Below are positions 19,750 through 28,996 of a stretch of DNA of 64,000 nucleotides, in pieces (the stretch's first letter is position 1; every line of letters starts with the position of its first letter). The translations under genes and the position numbers were made by a program. The notes under the pieces are model-generated. The model made no database searches. It saw only the letters and a list, made by a program, of their open reading frames with translations, and had not been told where the DNA came from. Origin of the DNA: Candidatus Eiseniibacteriota bacterium (GTDB lineage Bacteria > Eisenbacteria > RBG-16-71-46). The stretch lies in NCBI GenBank assembly GCA_041483195.1, contig JBGPFC010000001.1, positions 1 through 64,000 of the forward strand, written 5' to 3'.

Positions 19750-20496
19750 CTATGCGGCTTCTCTCTGGCGTCGCACAAACAACGCGCCCGTGACGATCAG
19801 CGCCAGGACAAGTGCAATCTCTTGCCACGGCGAAACCAAAGGCATCTCGGTGATCCGCATCACTCTGAGCCCATCCCCGTTGCGTCCGAAGCCGGTGGTC
19901 GACCACGTGCTGCACCCGACCAGGTTTCGGCCGATTGACGATGCTGGCAGGACTTCCACCACCGTGCCTCCTGCGGGCACCGGCACCAGCGTCTGCGCGG
20001 CACTCATCGGAAGCGGAATCACGCTCCTGCAGGAATCGGTAAAAGCAATCACGATCGCAGTATCAAGTGACGAGCCGGTATTATTGATTGAAAGTTCCCG
20101 TGTTGCCTCGTTCCAGCCTAAGGCCCACGAATGCCCAGGTGCGGACGCGGCAGCATTCTCGAAGATCGCCAGCTCCACGGATTGACCGCCGGCTGCTGCC
20201 TGTGCGGCGGCGGCCGCCCAGTGCGATTGCTCCGTGACCGCTGCGACGGTGGCAGCGCCCCACGGTTGCCTGAGGCAATTGAGCCATGCCAGGCAAGGAA
20301 TGATCGTCTCCGGCGCAGCTCCGCAGGCCGCGCATTCTAAAATGCAGATCAGGAAATCGCCACCGTCAGGGGCTTGGAGCGAGACAGGATGCGCGGCGAC
20401 CGGCTGGGGACTGGCGGCCGATTGGGGACTGGCAACCGATGAACCGGACACGAGCATCGGCAGAACAACAAGGATGAGGTATCGCAGAGCCTTCAT
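19750..20496 (-). CDS. Exported Cys-rich protein with IPTL-CTERM-like sorting signal
   Basis: AAGGAGGA RBS, signal peptide; CILECAAC...C...C; ends MPLVSPWQEIALVLALIVTGALFVRRQR. Confidence 0.65.
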   Translation of the reverse strand: MKALRYLILVVLPMLVSGSSVASPQSAASPQPVAAHPVSLQAPDGGDFLICILECAACGAAPETIIPCLAWLNCLRQPWGAATVAAVTEQSHWAAAAAQAAAGGQSVELAIFENAAASAPGHSWALGWNEATRELSINNTGSSLDTAIVIAFTDSCRSVIPLPMSAAQTLVPVPAGGTVVEVLPASSIGRNLVGCSTWSTTGFGRNGDGLRVMRITEMPLVSPWQEIALVLALIVTGALFVRRQREAA

Positions 20497-20890
20497 CAGG
20501 GTCCTCCTTCGCCGTGGCGCGCCAGGCGACGGCGGATCCGTCGCGGGCCATGGTGCAACTCCCTCTCCTCGCATCGATCGCGCCACAGCCAATGATGATG
20601 GGACGTCGCTCGAATTCTATCGAGCGAATGGGGTTGACGTGTGCGGTGCTCCGGCAGCAGCGGCGGGCAATGCAGATCATGCTGCAGCACTTTGCCGCAG
20701 ACTATGCGGGGGGCTCGCTTGACGCCGCCGCAACGATCGGGTGGAAGCGGGCTTGAGCGTCGTGACAGGGGACTGCTGCAGAATGGCGCAGCACAGCAGC
20801 CCGTGACGCTTGCTTGCGTGCACCCCACCCCGATCTGAAGTATTGTCCACCCAGGTCTCGACCCCCCGGCCGCAGACCCGGAACTACTTC

Positions 20891-22336
20891 ATGAACGCGA
20901 GCACAGCCACACCCCCCGCCATCATCCAGGGCGGGATGGGCATCGGAGTCTCGGACTGGAAGCTGGCCCGCGCGGTGTCGCGGTGCGGCCAGCTGGGCGT
21001 GGTCTCGGGCACCGCGATCGACAGCGTGCTCGCGCGCCGGCTGCAGGACGGCGACCTGGGCGGCCACATGCGCCGCGCGATGGAGCGCTTCCCGTTGCCC
21101 AAGGCCGCGGCCGAGATGCTGCGCCGCCACTTCAAGCCCGGCGGACGCGCGCCCGGCGCGCCCTACTCCCTGCTCCCGATGCACCAGCAGGTCGTCGACC
21201 GCGCCCGCCAGCAGATCACCATGCTGGCCTCGTTCGTCGAGGTTCATCTCGCGAAGCACGGGCACCGGGGACCGGTCGGCATCAACCTGCTCACCAAGGT
21301 GCAGATGCCGAACCTCGCATCGCTCTACGGCGCGATGCTGGCCGGCGTGGACTACGTGCTGATGGGCGCGGGCATCCCGCGCGAGATCCCGGGCGCGCTC
21401 GATGCGCTCGCCGAGCACCGGGCCGCGTCGCTCAGGCTCGAGGTCGAGGGCGATGCGCCCGGCGCGGCGGAACACCTGACGCTCGACCCCGGCGATCACT
21501 TCGTGCGGAAGCCCGCGGCGCTCAAGCGCCCGCGCTTCCTCCCCATCATCGCCAGCAACTCGCTCGCGACGCTGCTCGCGCGCAAGGGCACGGGGCGCAT
21601 CGATGGATTCGTCATCGAGGGCCCGACCGCGGGCGGGCACAACGCGCCGCCGCGCGGCGCGGCGGTGCTGAACGCGCGCGGCGAGCCGCTCTACGGCGAG
21701 CGCGACGTGGTGGACCTGCCGAAGCTCCGCGAGCTCGGCCTGCCGTTCTGGCTCGCGGGCGGCACCGGATCCCCGGCGCGCTGCCGCGAGGCGCGCGAGG
21801 CGGGCGCGGCGGGCGTTCAGGTGGGCACGCTGTTCGCGTACTGCGATGAATCGGGAATCACCGAGCCGCTCAAGCGATCGGTGCTCGAGCACGCCGCGCG
21901 CGGCGAGGTGGACGTGCGCACCGACGCGGTCGCCTCTCCCACCGGCTACCCGTTCAAGGTGGTGGAGCGGCTCGACGATCTGGCGCAGGGCAAGCCGCGC
22001 GAGCGGGTGTGCGACCTCGGTTACCTGCGCACCGCCTATCGCCGGCCCGACGGCCGCCTCGGCTACCGCTGCCCGAGCGAGCCGGTGGATCAGTACGTCG
22101 AGAAGGGCGGCGACGCGCGGAGTACCGAGGGGCGGCGCTGCCTGTGCAACGCGCTGTTCGCGAACATCGGCCTCGGTCAGACGCGCGAGGACGGCCGCGT
22201 GGAGCCGCCGCTGCTCACGAGCGGGGATGATCTCATGTCGATCGGGGCGTTTCTGGCGGGGCGGACGCGGTATACGGCGGCGGATGTGGTGCGCTATCTG
22301 CTTGGGGATCGCGGCGCCGTGGCGTGCGGGGCTTGA
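20891..22336 (+). CDS. Nitronate monooxygenase / FabK-like FMN oxidoreductase
   Basis: PAIIQGGMGIGVS, EGPTAGGHNAPPRG, FWLAGG, GVQVGTLF. Confidence 0.85.
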   Translation: MNASTATPPAIIQGGMGIGVSDWKLARAVSRCGQLGVVSGTAIDSVLARRLQDGDLGGHMRRAMERFPLPKAAAEMLRRHFKPGGRAPGAPYSLLPMHQQVVDRARQQITMLASFVEVHLAKHGHRGPVGINLLTKVQMPNLASLYGAMLAGVDYVLMGAGIPREIPGALDALAEHRAASLRLEVEGDAPGAAEHLTLDPGDHFVRKPAALKRPRFLPIIASNSLATLLARKGTGRIDGFVIEGPTAGGHNAPPRGAAVLNARGEPLYGERDVVDLPKLRELGLPFWLAGGTGSPARCREAREAGAAGVQVGTLFAYCDESGITEPLKRSVLEHAARGEVDVRTDAVASPTGYPFKVVERLDDLAQGKPRERVCDLGYLRTAYRRPDGRLGYRCPSEPVDQYVEKGGDARSTEGRRCLCNALFANIGLGQTREDGRVEPPLLTSGDDLMSIGAFLAGRTRYTAADVVRYLLGDRGAVACGA

Positions 22337-22412
22337 GGGGGGTGGGTGGCGGATCAGCCCAAAGCGCGTTGCTACTGGGCTTGTTTCCGAGTTCGGGAGC
22401 AGGCCGCACACC

Positions 22413-23357
22413 CTATCGCTTGAACCTCTCCGCAAGATGCCACTCGAGCCCCGCTTCGCTCGGGCGATCCTCGGCACGCCGGGGCAAGTGAATCTCTCGA
22501 CCGTGAAGTGGATAGTAGCTCCGACCGTTCGAGAATTCGTCCTTCAGCCGTTTGCTCACGACGAAGCGATGGTCGGGAGTCACACCCACGTAGCCCTTGT
22601 CGAAGAGCTTGTGAATATCGCTGCGGAGTAGCAGTCCGTTGGACACCTCATGCTGGCCCCCGTCACCGTACGGTCGAATGTGCGCTGCCTCGAGCGCCGG
22701 CAAGGAGTGCTCCTCGGTCACGGCACAGGCACGCCCGTAGGCACTCGTGACACAGAGTCGAAAGATGCCCTGACCAAGGCGGGGTCGCGTGAGGGCTTGC
22801 TTTCCGTACCGGCTTCCGCCGCGAGCGGCGGTCTGTGGCCGATCAATGACCATCCCGTGGCCGGCCCCGCGCGCCTGGCACTCTCGCCACACGCGCGCCC
22901 CTTCACCGGAGTCGAGATCGTACCCCTTGCCCTGAACGACGTTCTCCGGCCAATCGATTGGCGGCTTCACCCAAGCCTCGGGGGGCAGGAAGACCGGCTG
23001 CGCCAGCATCAGACAGCCGATGCTGTACTCGGTGCCGCCCTTGACTCCGGCCGACCGATCGCGCCGAAGGCGGTCGATGCGGAGGCGCATCTCCGCGAAA
23101 TTCGCCGCACCATTCTTGGTCTCGAATGCGTCCCATGCGAGCCACGCCGGCAGCACGTCATGCTTCGCGAACAAGCCCCATCCCACGATCCAGCCGCCGT
23201 ATCGCTTTCGCAACTTGAAGAGGACTGGAGTGCCGACCACGAGTTGCTGAGGCGTTCGCTTGTCGCGGGGCCTCCAGAAGTTGACCTCATCGAGGTCTGG
23301 CTGGCGGCTCAGGAACTGAAACCAGTCGTGGTCGGTGACGAGGATGTCTCCGCGCAT
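22413..23357 (-). CDS. HNH endonuclease, putative restriction enzyme (COG3440-like)
   Basis: RLGQGIFR..V..AY..ACAVT, LEAAHIRPY, NGLLLRSDIHKLFD, LEWH. Confidence 0.85.
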   Translation of the reverse strand: MRGDILVTDHDWFQFLSRQPDLDEVNFWRPRDKRTPQQLVVGTPVLFKLRKRYGGWIVGWGLFAKHDVLPAWLAWDAFETKNGAANFAEMRLRIDRLRRDRSAGVKGGTEYSIGCLMLAQPVFLPPEAWVKPPIDWPENVVQGKGYDLDSGEGARVWRECQARGAGHGMVIDRPQTAARGGSRYGKQALTRPRLGQGIFRLCVTSAYGRACAVTEEHSLPALEAAHIRPYGDGGQHEVSNGLLLRSDIHKLFDKGYVGVTPDHRFVVSKRLKDEFSNGRSYYPLHGREIHLPRRAEDRPSEAGLEWHLAERFKR

Positions 23358-23475
23358 GATGGCGGGATAGTAGCGCAGAGCGGGGCGTGGGCGCTTCGGG
23401 GCAGATCAGCAGGTGGACTTGAGAGTGCCACGTTGCTCCAGCGTCGGGTCGCTGATCACAGCTGACGGGGACAGA

Positions 23476-24000
23476 TCACCGGTAGCGGCGCTTCAACGCC
23501 CCCCATGAGCGATCTTGCGCCGGCACAGGTTGATCGGAATACACTTTGAGCTCGAACCACGCGATCCACGAGGGCGAGGACGTGGTGGTCACGCGCACGT
23601 ACCGTACGGCATGGGAAGGATCGCAAGGGATGGACAGCCACTGATTCCGAACCGATGATCCCGCGTAGCTTCCGATGACGTACGTGGTGCCGAAGCTGCT
23701 TCGCCCTTCGACGATGTGGGTCACCTGTCCATTGGGAGTGATGTCGGCGCAGCCATCAAATTCGGTAATAGGGAAGTCGGCGCCGAGATCGACTTCAATC
23801 CACTGGGGGGCATGGTTGCCCGAGTTCCACGCGGTTGCGGTGTCACCATCGAACGCGCTGTCAGGGAGGCTCGACAGGTAGCTCCCGCTGGCGGTAGCGG
23901 GTCGACCGTGGGCAATCTCTGTCCCGGCTCCCGAACCGAGAGAGGCGAGGATGGTCACTAGCAGCAAGCAACCGAGCGGGATCAGCGGCCGAGCTTCCAT
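23476..24000 (-). CDS. Exported F5/8 type C (discoidin) domain protein with terminal SWGxLKxxYR motif
   Basis: ATASGS...AFDGD..TAWNS...PQWIEVDLG...RYVRV...ELKVY. Confidence 0.8.
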   Translation of the reverse strand: MEARPLIPLGCLLLVTILASLGSGAGTEIAHGRPATASGSYLSSLPDSAFDGDTATAWNSGNHAPQWIEVDLGADFPITEFDGCADITPNGQVTHIVEGRSSFGTTYVIGSYAGSSVRNQWLSIPCDPSHAVRYVRVTTTSSPSWIAWFELKVYSDQPVPAQDRSWGALKRRYR

Positions 24001-24183
24001 TGCAGGATTTCAGCCCCTCCTCACTCCGGTGTCACCCGCCCATGGCGCCGTACTCAATGTGTTCGACTCGAGGGTGTGGCTGCACTGCGCCGGCGACCAA
24101 GCTGCGAGACCCGATTGGAGAACGCTCGCAAGACCCGAGCAGTAACCACCAGCAGAACAGCTAGCCAAAGTACATACGCCGCC

Positions 24184-24409
24184 GACCTTACCAAGCCAGG
24201 GAGATGCCACCAATTCCAATAGCACGACCAAGCAACTCTTTCAGTTCGATGATCCGCTACCCGACGCTGGAGCATTCGGGCTCGCTCAAAGCGACCTGCT
24301 CGGGGGCCTCGGCTGCTTCGACCTCGGCACGATACTCGGCCGGGGTTCTCTGCCCCAAACTCCCGTGGGGCCGGCGGTTGTTGTACTCCTCCCGCCACGC
24401 GTCGAGCAC
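24184..24409 (-). mobile_element. IS3-family transposase C-terminal remnant
   Basis: LDAWREEYNNRRPHGSLGQRTPAEY matches the IS3 OrfB tail; possible degenerate right end near 24184-24215. Confidence 0.75.
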
Positions 24410-24570
24410 CAGCTTCATGACCCGCGAGAATCCAGGCGCGCACGTGCGCCACAGAGCCACGCTGGCCGGAAGCGTCGCCCCCCTGTCATCCCGGCCATCC
24501 CACGTCATGCTCCGCTCTCCGGAAATCTGCGAGCCATTCACCAGCGTGCGCACCAAATACCCGCCGACGT
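24410..24570 (-). pseudogene. Orphan fragment of a FlgD-Ig/T9SS-like C-terminal domain
   Basis: GYLVRTLVNG...GERSMTWDGRDDRG...KLV with no matching N-terminal part; runs in frame into the IS3 remnant. Confidence 0.6.
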
Positions 24571-24760
24571 TGCAGACCCCAGCTTCACCCGCTCTCCCGC
24601 GGCGGGGATGTCGTGGCGCACAACCGCCTTGACCCGGCCCCGCCGCTTCAGGTAGAACCCGACCCTGCGTTCGGCACGGACGCGGGCCGCGATCATCCGT
24701 GCAGACGTAACGGCCCGACCCACGCTGTTCGAAGTCACCCGGCCCCACAGGAGACCCCTC

Positions 24761-25072
24761 ATGCTGCTCATCCGCGAGATCATGTACTGCAAGCCCGGCA
24801 AGGTGCGCCCGCTGGTCGAGAAGTTCGTCGCCATGTCCAAGCTCAGCGAGAAGTCGGGCATGGGCAAGATGCGCGTCATGACCGACGTGAGCGCCGATCG
24901 CTACTGGACCGTCATCGGCGAGATGGAGGTCGCGAGCCTCGATGCGTTCGACAAGATGATGTCGGGCGCGGGCCAGGACGAAGCGTCCATGAAGGAGATG
25001 GGGAAGATCATGGAGGGCTACCACGAGCTGGTCGAATCCGGCCGGCGCGAGATCTACAAGATCGAGGCGTAG
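24761..25072 (+). CDS. NIPSNAP/dimeric alpha-beta barrel-like protein
   Basis: AGGAG RBS; REIMYCKPGK...EMEVASL...SGRREIY. Confidence 0.7.
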   Translation: MLLIREIMYCKPGKVRPLVEKFVAMSKLSEKSGMGKMRVMTDVSADRYWTVIGEMEVASLDAFDKMMSGAGQDEASMKEMGKIMEGYHELVESGRREIYKIEA

Positions 25073-25089
25073 CTCTTCAGCTCGCGCCC

Positions 25090-25686
25090 TCACTGCCCTC
25101 CCGCCAGCCGCCTCACCACGATCGGCTCCGGATACCGGATCGGCCCGATCGAGGTCTCGATCGTCGGCACCAGCTCGAGGCGCAGGTCCTTCTTGATCGT
25201 TCCCTGCCCCGCGATCGCGAGCGCCAGGTCGAAGAAGTCGTGCGCCCCGCCGGCTCCGAGCTGAAGCAGGTCGACGCGCACCGCGAGCGGCACGTCGGCC
25301 GTGCGGCCCGGCGCGATCTCGATTGGGCTGCCCAGCTGCCCAGCCAGCACCTGATGGTCCTCGATGAAGAACTTCCAGCGCATGTCGACCATGCGCGCCG
25401 TAACCTTGTTCTCGCGTGGATTGGTGGCGCTCACGAAGGCGACCAGTTCGAGCGGCATCTCCTTCGCGATGATGGCGGCGCTGATGCGCGCCGCGTCGGC
25501 GAGGCCGAGCGAAGCGGAGCTCGAATTCGCGCCGATCCGGATGCCGACGAGGCGCACGTCGGACACGCCGGCGAACGCGAACGTCACGGTGCGCAGCGCG
25601 GCGAGCTGCTGAACCGCGGTACAACTCGGGAGCGCGAGCATCGCGATGAGCACGAGCGGCGCGACCAAACGGCAAGCACGAAACAT
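25090..25686 (-). CDS. LEA_2/WHy-like lipoprotein
   Basis: Lipobox-like LPSC; VSATNP.N...VPLAVRVDL. Confidence 0.65.
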   Translation of the reverse strand: MFRACRLVAPLVLIAMLALPSCTAVQQLAALRTVTFAFAGVSDVRLVGIRIGANSSSASLGLADAARISAAIIAKEMPLELVAFVSATNPRENKVTARMVDMRWKFFIEDHQVLAGQLGSPIEIAPGRTADVPLAVRVDLLQLGAGGAHDFFDLALAIAGQGTIKKDLRLELVPTIETSIGPIRYPEPIVVRRLAGGQ

Positions 25687-25904
25687 GGGGACCTCACGGG
25701 GGGAGGGTCGAACGTCGGCCGGCGATGGCGTGGCGGGCGTGGCGCGGTGGAGCCGGCACCCCCAATATCCCGCATCGCCATGCCCGACAGCCAGCGATAC
25801 CTTGGTTTGCCGCTGCTCGCGAGCGCCCGAACAAACGACGCCGGGACCGATCAAGCTCCTCGGTCCCGGCGTCTTGCTTCCAACGACTCAGCAGCTCAGC
25901 GCAG

Positions 25905-27785
25905 CTACGGCGTCACCACCACTCGCCGGATCAAGCTCCCCGCCGGCGTCTGGTAGCGCACGAAGTAAACGCCGCCGCGCGCCGCAGCGCCCTCGCGGGT
26001 TCCGTCCCACGTGATCGGGAAGCGCCCGGGGCGATAGATTCCATCCGCGAGCACCGCGACTTCACGGCCCTGCACGTCCACCACGCTCACCTTCACGTGT
26101 GACTCGCGCGGCACCGAGAACTCGAGCTGGATCGGGCCCTGGCTCGGGTTCGGCGTCAGCCGCGAGATCGAGAACTTCCCGTTCGCATCGGCCATGGTTC
26201 CGTTCACCGGCCCGAACGTGAGCCTCTCCCCCGTCTTGGTCTGCACCACCAGCCGGTAGAAGTAGCTCCGTCCCGCCCCAACGCCGCGATCGAGCGCCAC
26301 CGTCACGCCGCCCTCGGTGTGAACGTCGGCCGCGACGATCTCGTAGGGACCGGTCACGCGATCGGCCCGCTCGAGATTCACGCTCGCGATGTCGCTCGCG
26401 TCGCCGAACTGCCAGCGCAGCTTGAGCGCCTCTCCAGCCGGCTCGGCCGTGAACAGCGACAGCTCGGTGGCGGTGATGACTCCCGCGCACGGCACCTCGA
26501 CGTCGCCCATCTCGGTCTTCTCGGACGACGCCACGCTGCCGTCGAAGTCCACCCAGGCGCTCACGGCCGGCGTGCCGCCGCCGGGAGGAAGTCCCTGGAT
26601 TCCGTACACCGTCAGGCTCCCGTTGATCGCATCCGAGGTGCCCCACACGCGGCCGAATGGAGTCGCGGGCGAGAAGGGGTCGAAGTCGCAGTCGACGCCG
26701 CCCGCCGAGTTGGTGCCGTTGCCCGCGATGCCCGAGCAGCAGCAGGTCGCGGAGACGCCCAGCACGTAGGCGTTCAGGTTCGGCAGCAGCCAGCCGCCGA
26801 CCGCGGGTGAGCAGACGTACTCGAGCATGCGCGACTCGTGCGCGGCCGGGCTGCTCGGCCCGCTCATGCTGCGCTCGGCGAGCAGCATCGAGCCCTTGGG
26901 GCTGAACGTGATGTCCGAGACCGGATGCGAGTAGTTGAGCACGTGCGCCGGCAGCACGATCTCGAGCTGATCGGTGGGGGGATCGAACGCCGCGCCGAGG
27001 AGCCCGACCGAGCGGATCGAATTGGGCGGCCCGCTGGTCTCGTTGCAGTTCTGGCTCCACACCGCGTAGTACACGCGGCCCGCGTGCCACTGAACGCCCC
27101 ACAGCCGCTCGCCGAGCGGCGCGAAGCCGGTGGCGCCGTTGTCGGGCAGCATCGGATCGAACGATTCCTGGATGGCGGCGGTCGGTGCGTTGGTGGTCGC
27201 GGTCTTGATCCGATAGATCTTGCCGTCCTCGTGATCGGTCACGAAGAACTGATCGTGGTCGCAGTCGTAGCTGATGTTGCCGAGGCCAACGCCGGAGCTG
27301 TTGGGCAGCGTGATGAACGTGTTGATCGCCCCGGTTCCGTTGGCGATGCGGTACACCGCGCCGTCCCCGCCCGGGCCCACGAAGTCGGCCGAGTAGCACG
27401 AGGTCGCGCACACGAAGATGTTGCCGTACTTGTCCATCGTGAGGCCGAATACCGAACCCAGGTTGGTGACGTTCCAGCTGTCGCCGGGCCCGTGGTAGCG
27501 AAGCACCGCCGCGAAGTTCACGCCGTTGCCCGGGTAGGGCTGCGTGATGTCGAAGATCGTGACGCACGCGTTGGTGCCGGCCTCGACCTCGCGCGTGCCC
27601 ACCAGGATGTCGCCGCCGAACGTGTAGTTCGGGTCGGTGTAGGTGGGCCTGCCCGCGCAGCAGGGGTCGACCACGGCGCACGGCAGCCCGACCTGCGCGA
27701 TTGCGCTTCGTGGCACGGCACCGACGAGACACGCGGCGGTCGCGATGCTGAGCGTGATGGTGGTCCAGAGTCTCATGTTGCGCAT
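25905..27785 (-). CDS. Secreted Cys-rich propeller-like protein with FlgD-Ig/T9SS-like tail
   Basis: AGGAGG RBS, signal peptide; ELSLFTAE linker; TPNPS...VVDVQGREV...WDG...GVYFVR. Confidence 0.8.
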   Translation of the reverse strand: MRNMRLWTTITLSIATAACLVGAVPRSAIAQVGLPCAVVDPCCAGRPTYTDPNYTFGGDILVGTREVEAGTNACVTIFDITQPYPGNGVNFAAVLRYHGPGDSWNVTNLGSVFGLTMDKYGNIFVCATSCYSADFVGPGGDGAVYRIANGTGAINTFITLPNSSGVGLGNISYDCDHDQFFVTDHEDGKIYRIKTATTNAPTAAIQESFDPMLPDNGATGFAPLGERLWGVQWHAGRVYYAVWSQNCNETSGPPNSIRSVGLLGAAFDPPTDQLEIVLPAHVLNYSHPVSDITFSPKGSMLLAERSMSGPSSPAAHESRMLEYVCSPAVGGWLLPNLNAYVLGVSATCCCSGIAGNGTNSAGGVDCDFDPFSPATPFGRVWGTSDAINGSLTVYGIQGLPPGGGTPAVSAWVDFDGSVASSEKTEMGDVEVPCAGVITATELSLFTAEPAGEALKLRWQFGDASDIASVNLERADRVTGPYEIVAADVHTEGGVTVALDRGVGAGRSYFYRLVVQTKTGERLTFGPVNGTMADANGKFSISRLTPNPSQGPIQLEFSVPRESHVKVSVVDVQGREVAVLADGIYRPGRFPITWDGTREGAAARGGVYFVRYQTPAGSLIRRVVVTP

Positions 27786-28180
27786 GCTGGTCCTCCTGGG
27801 GCTGGGGGGCGACTGGTCCGACGCGAACGGCGTGCATCCGACGCGGGTACGCGAGGAGTAGGGCGAGCCCGCTAAGCGCGGAGGATGCGGGTGCGGCCCG
27901 ACTCTGCGATTCCGCGCGGAGGAGGGCGGAGTATCGCAGCGGGGCGGGGCGAGTGAAAGCGGAAAGTGGCCGGTTGGCCCGGCGGCCCCGTTTCCGGTCG
28001 AACACCACCCGGCGTTCGGCGATAGCGCCCGCCGCGGTCACCCGTGCGAATGCATCGAGGCTTCGCCAGCTCGGGTCATTGCGCCAACGTATCGCCCGCC
28101 ACTCGCTCGCCTCGATTCTTGCCGGCTATTAAGCGTTCTTTACTAGAACCGCGGCTTATTAAGGGATGGGCAGTTTGCCG

Positions 28181-28270
28181 TCATCGCGGCGGCGGGAGTT
28201 TCCTCAAAGCAGTCAGCACGATCCGGCACGCCTTGACCAGATCCGTCAGGGCTTCAAGCGGCGAGCTCAT
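28181..28270 (-). pseudogene. Internally deleted HEPN-like toxin remnant (29 aa)
   Basis: MSSPLEAL-TDLVKACRIVLTALRKLPPPR*, overlapping the MNT gene 3' end; resembles the two termini of the HEPN partner of this MNT family as recalled. Confidence 0.55.
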
Positions 28271-28886
28271 GTTCGTCGCCGATCAGCCAAAACTTGGGCT
28301 GGGCCAGCACGCGCACCACGAACGCGTTCTTGCGTCTTGCCCGCTCGGCGAATTCCTTCGACGAATAGATCGTTGGAGCGACCTTCCGCCCGAGTCGTGC
28401 CGACGCGCCTTCCAGTGCGGCGAACAGCTCCGCGTACGCCAGGGTGTCGCTGATCACGAGAACGTCGATGTCGCTTGCGGCGGTATCCTTGCCCTTCGCG
28501 ATCGAGCCGTACACGAAAGCGGCGCGGATCTCTTTGGAGACCGGCTCGAGCGCCGCGCGTAAGACGTCCGTCAGTGCGAACGTCTTGAGCGCCAGCCCTC
28601 GAAGCTCCTCGAACAGCGGAGAACTGGCGTTGGCCTGGTAGTGCTTCTGCTGGCCCAAGCGTGTGACGCTCACCAGACCGGACGCCTCGAGCCGGCCAAG
28701 CTCTCGTTGCACGGCGCCCGTGCCGGAGTGTGCCAGGCCGATGATCTCGTTGGCGTAATAGCTTCGGCCGGCGTTGCCGAACAGGACCGCGAGAACGCGC
28801 TGCTGCACCTTCGAGAACAGCGCGTCGGCCAGGCCGGCCGCTGGACGCTTGAGAGGCGCCTTCCGAGCCCTTCGCTTCATTCCCAT
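28254..28886 (-). CDS. HTH plus minimal nucleotidyltransferase (MntA-like antitoxin)
   Basis: ALFSKVQQRVL..LF, GAVQREL..L...GL, FVYGSIAKGKDTAASDIDVLVI. Confidence 0.85.
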   Translation of the reverse strand: MGMKRRARKAPLKRPAAGLADALFSKVQQRVLAVLFGNAGRSYYANEIIGLAHSGTGAVQRELGRLEASGLVSVTRLGQQKHYQANASSPLFEELRGLALKTFALTDVLRAALEPVSKEIRAAFVYGSIAKGKDTAASDIDVLVISDTLAYAELFAALEGASARLGRKVAPTIYSSKEFAERARRKNAFVVRVLAQPKFWLIGDEHELAA

Positions 28887-28914
28887 AGTGGGTACGATAA
28901 AACCCAATCTGGGT
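28882..28914. promoter_or_regulatory. Paired CCCA-N3-TGGG palindromes, putative MNT autoregulatory operator
   Basis: cccatagtggg and acccaatctgggt at and just upstream of the start codon. Confidence 0.45.
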
Positions 28915-28996
28915 ATGGTCAAGGGAAGACCTCGCCGCGGACGCACGCTCCCCGCCGCTGATCGAGCGCAACGAACTCGGCGCGGGTCGCCGCCGG

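Noticed and set aside
18850..24260. Integron cassette array
   Set aside because: No integron integrase and no convincing attC sites found by eye
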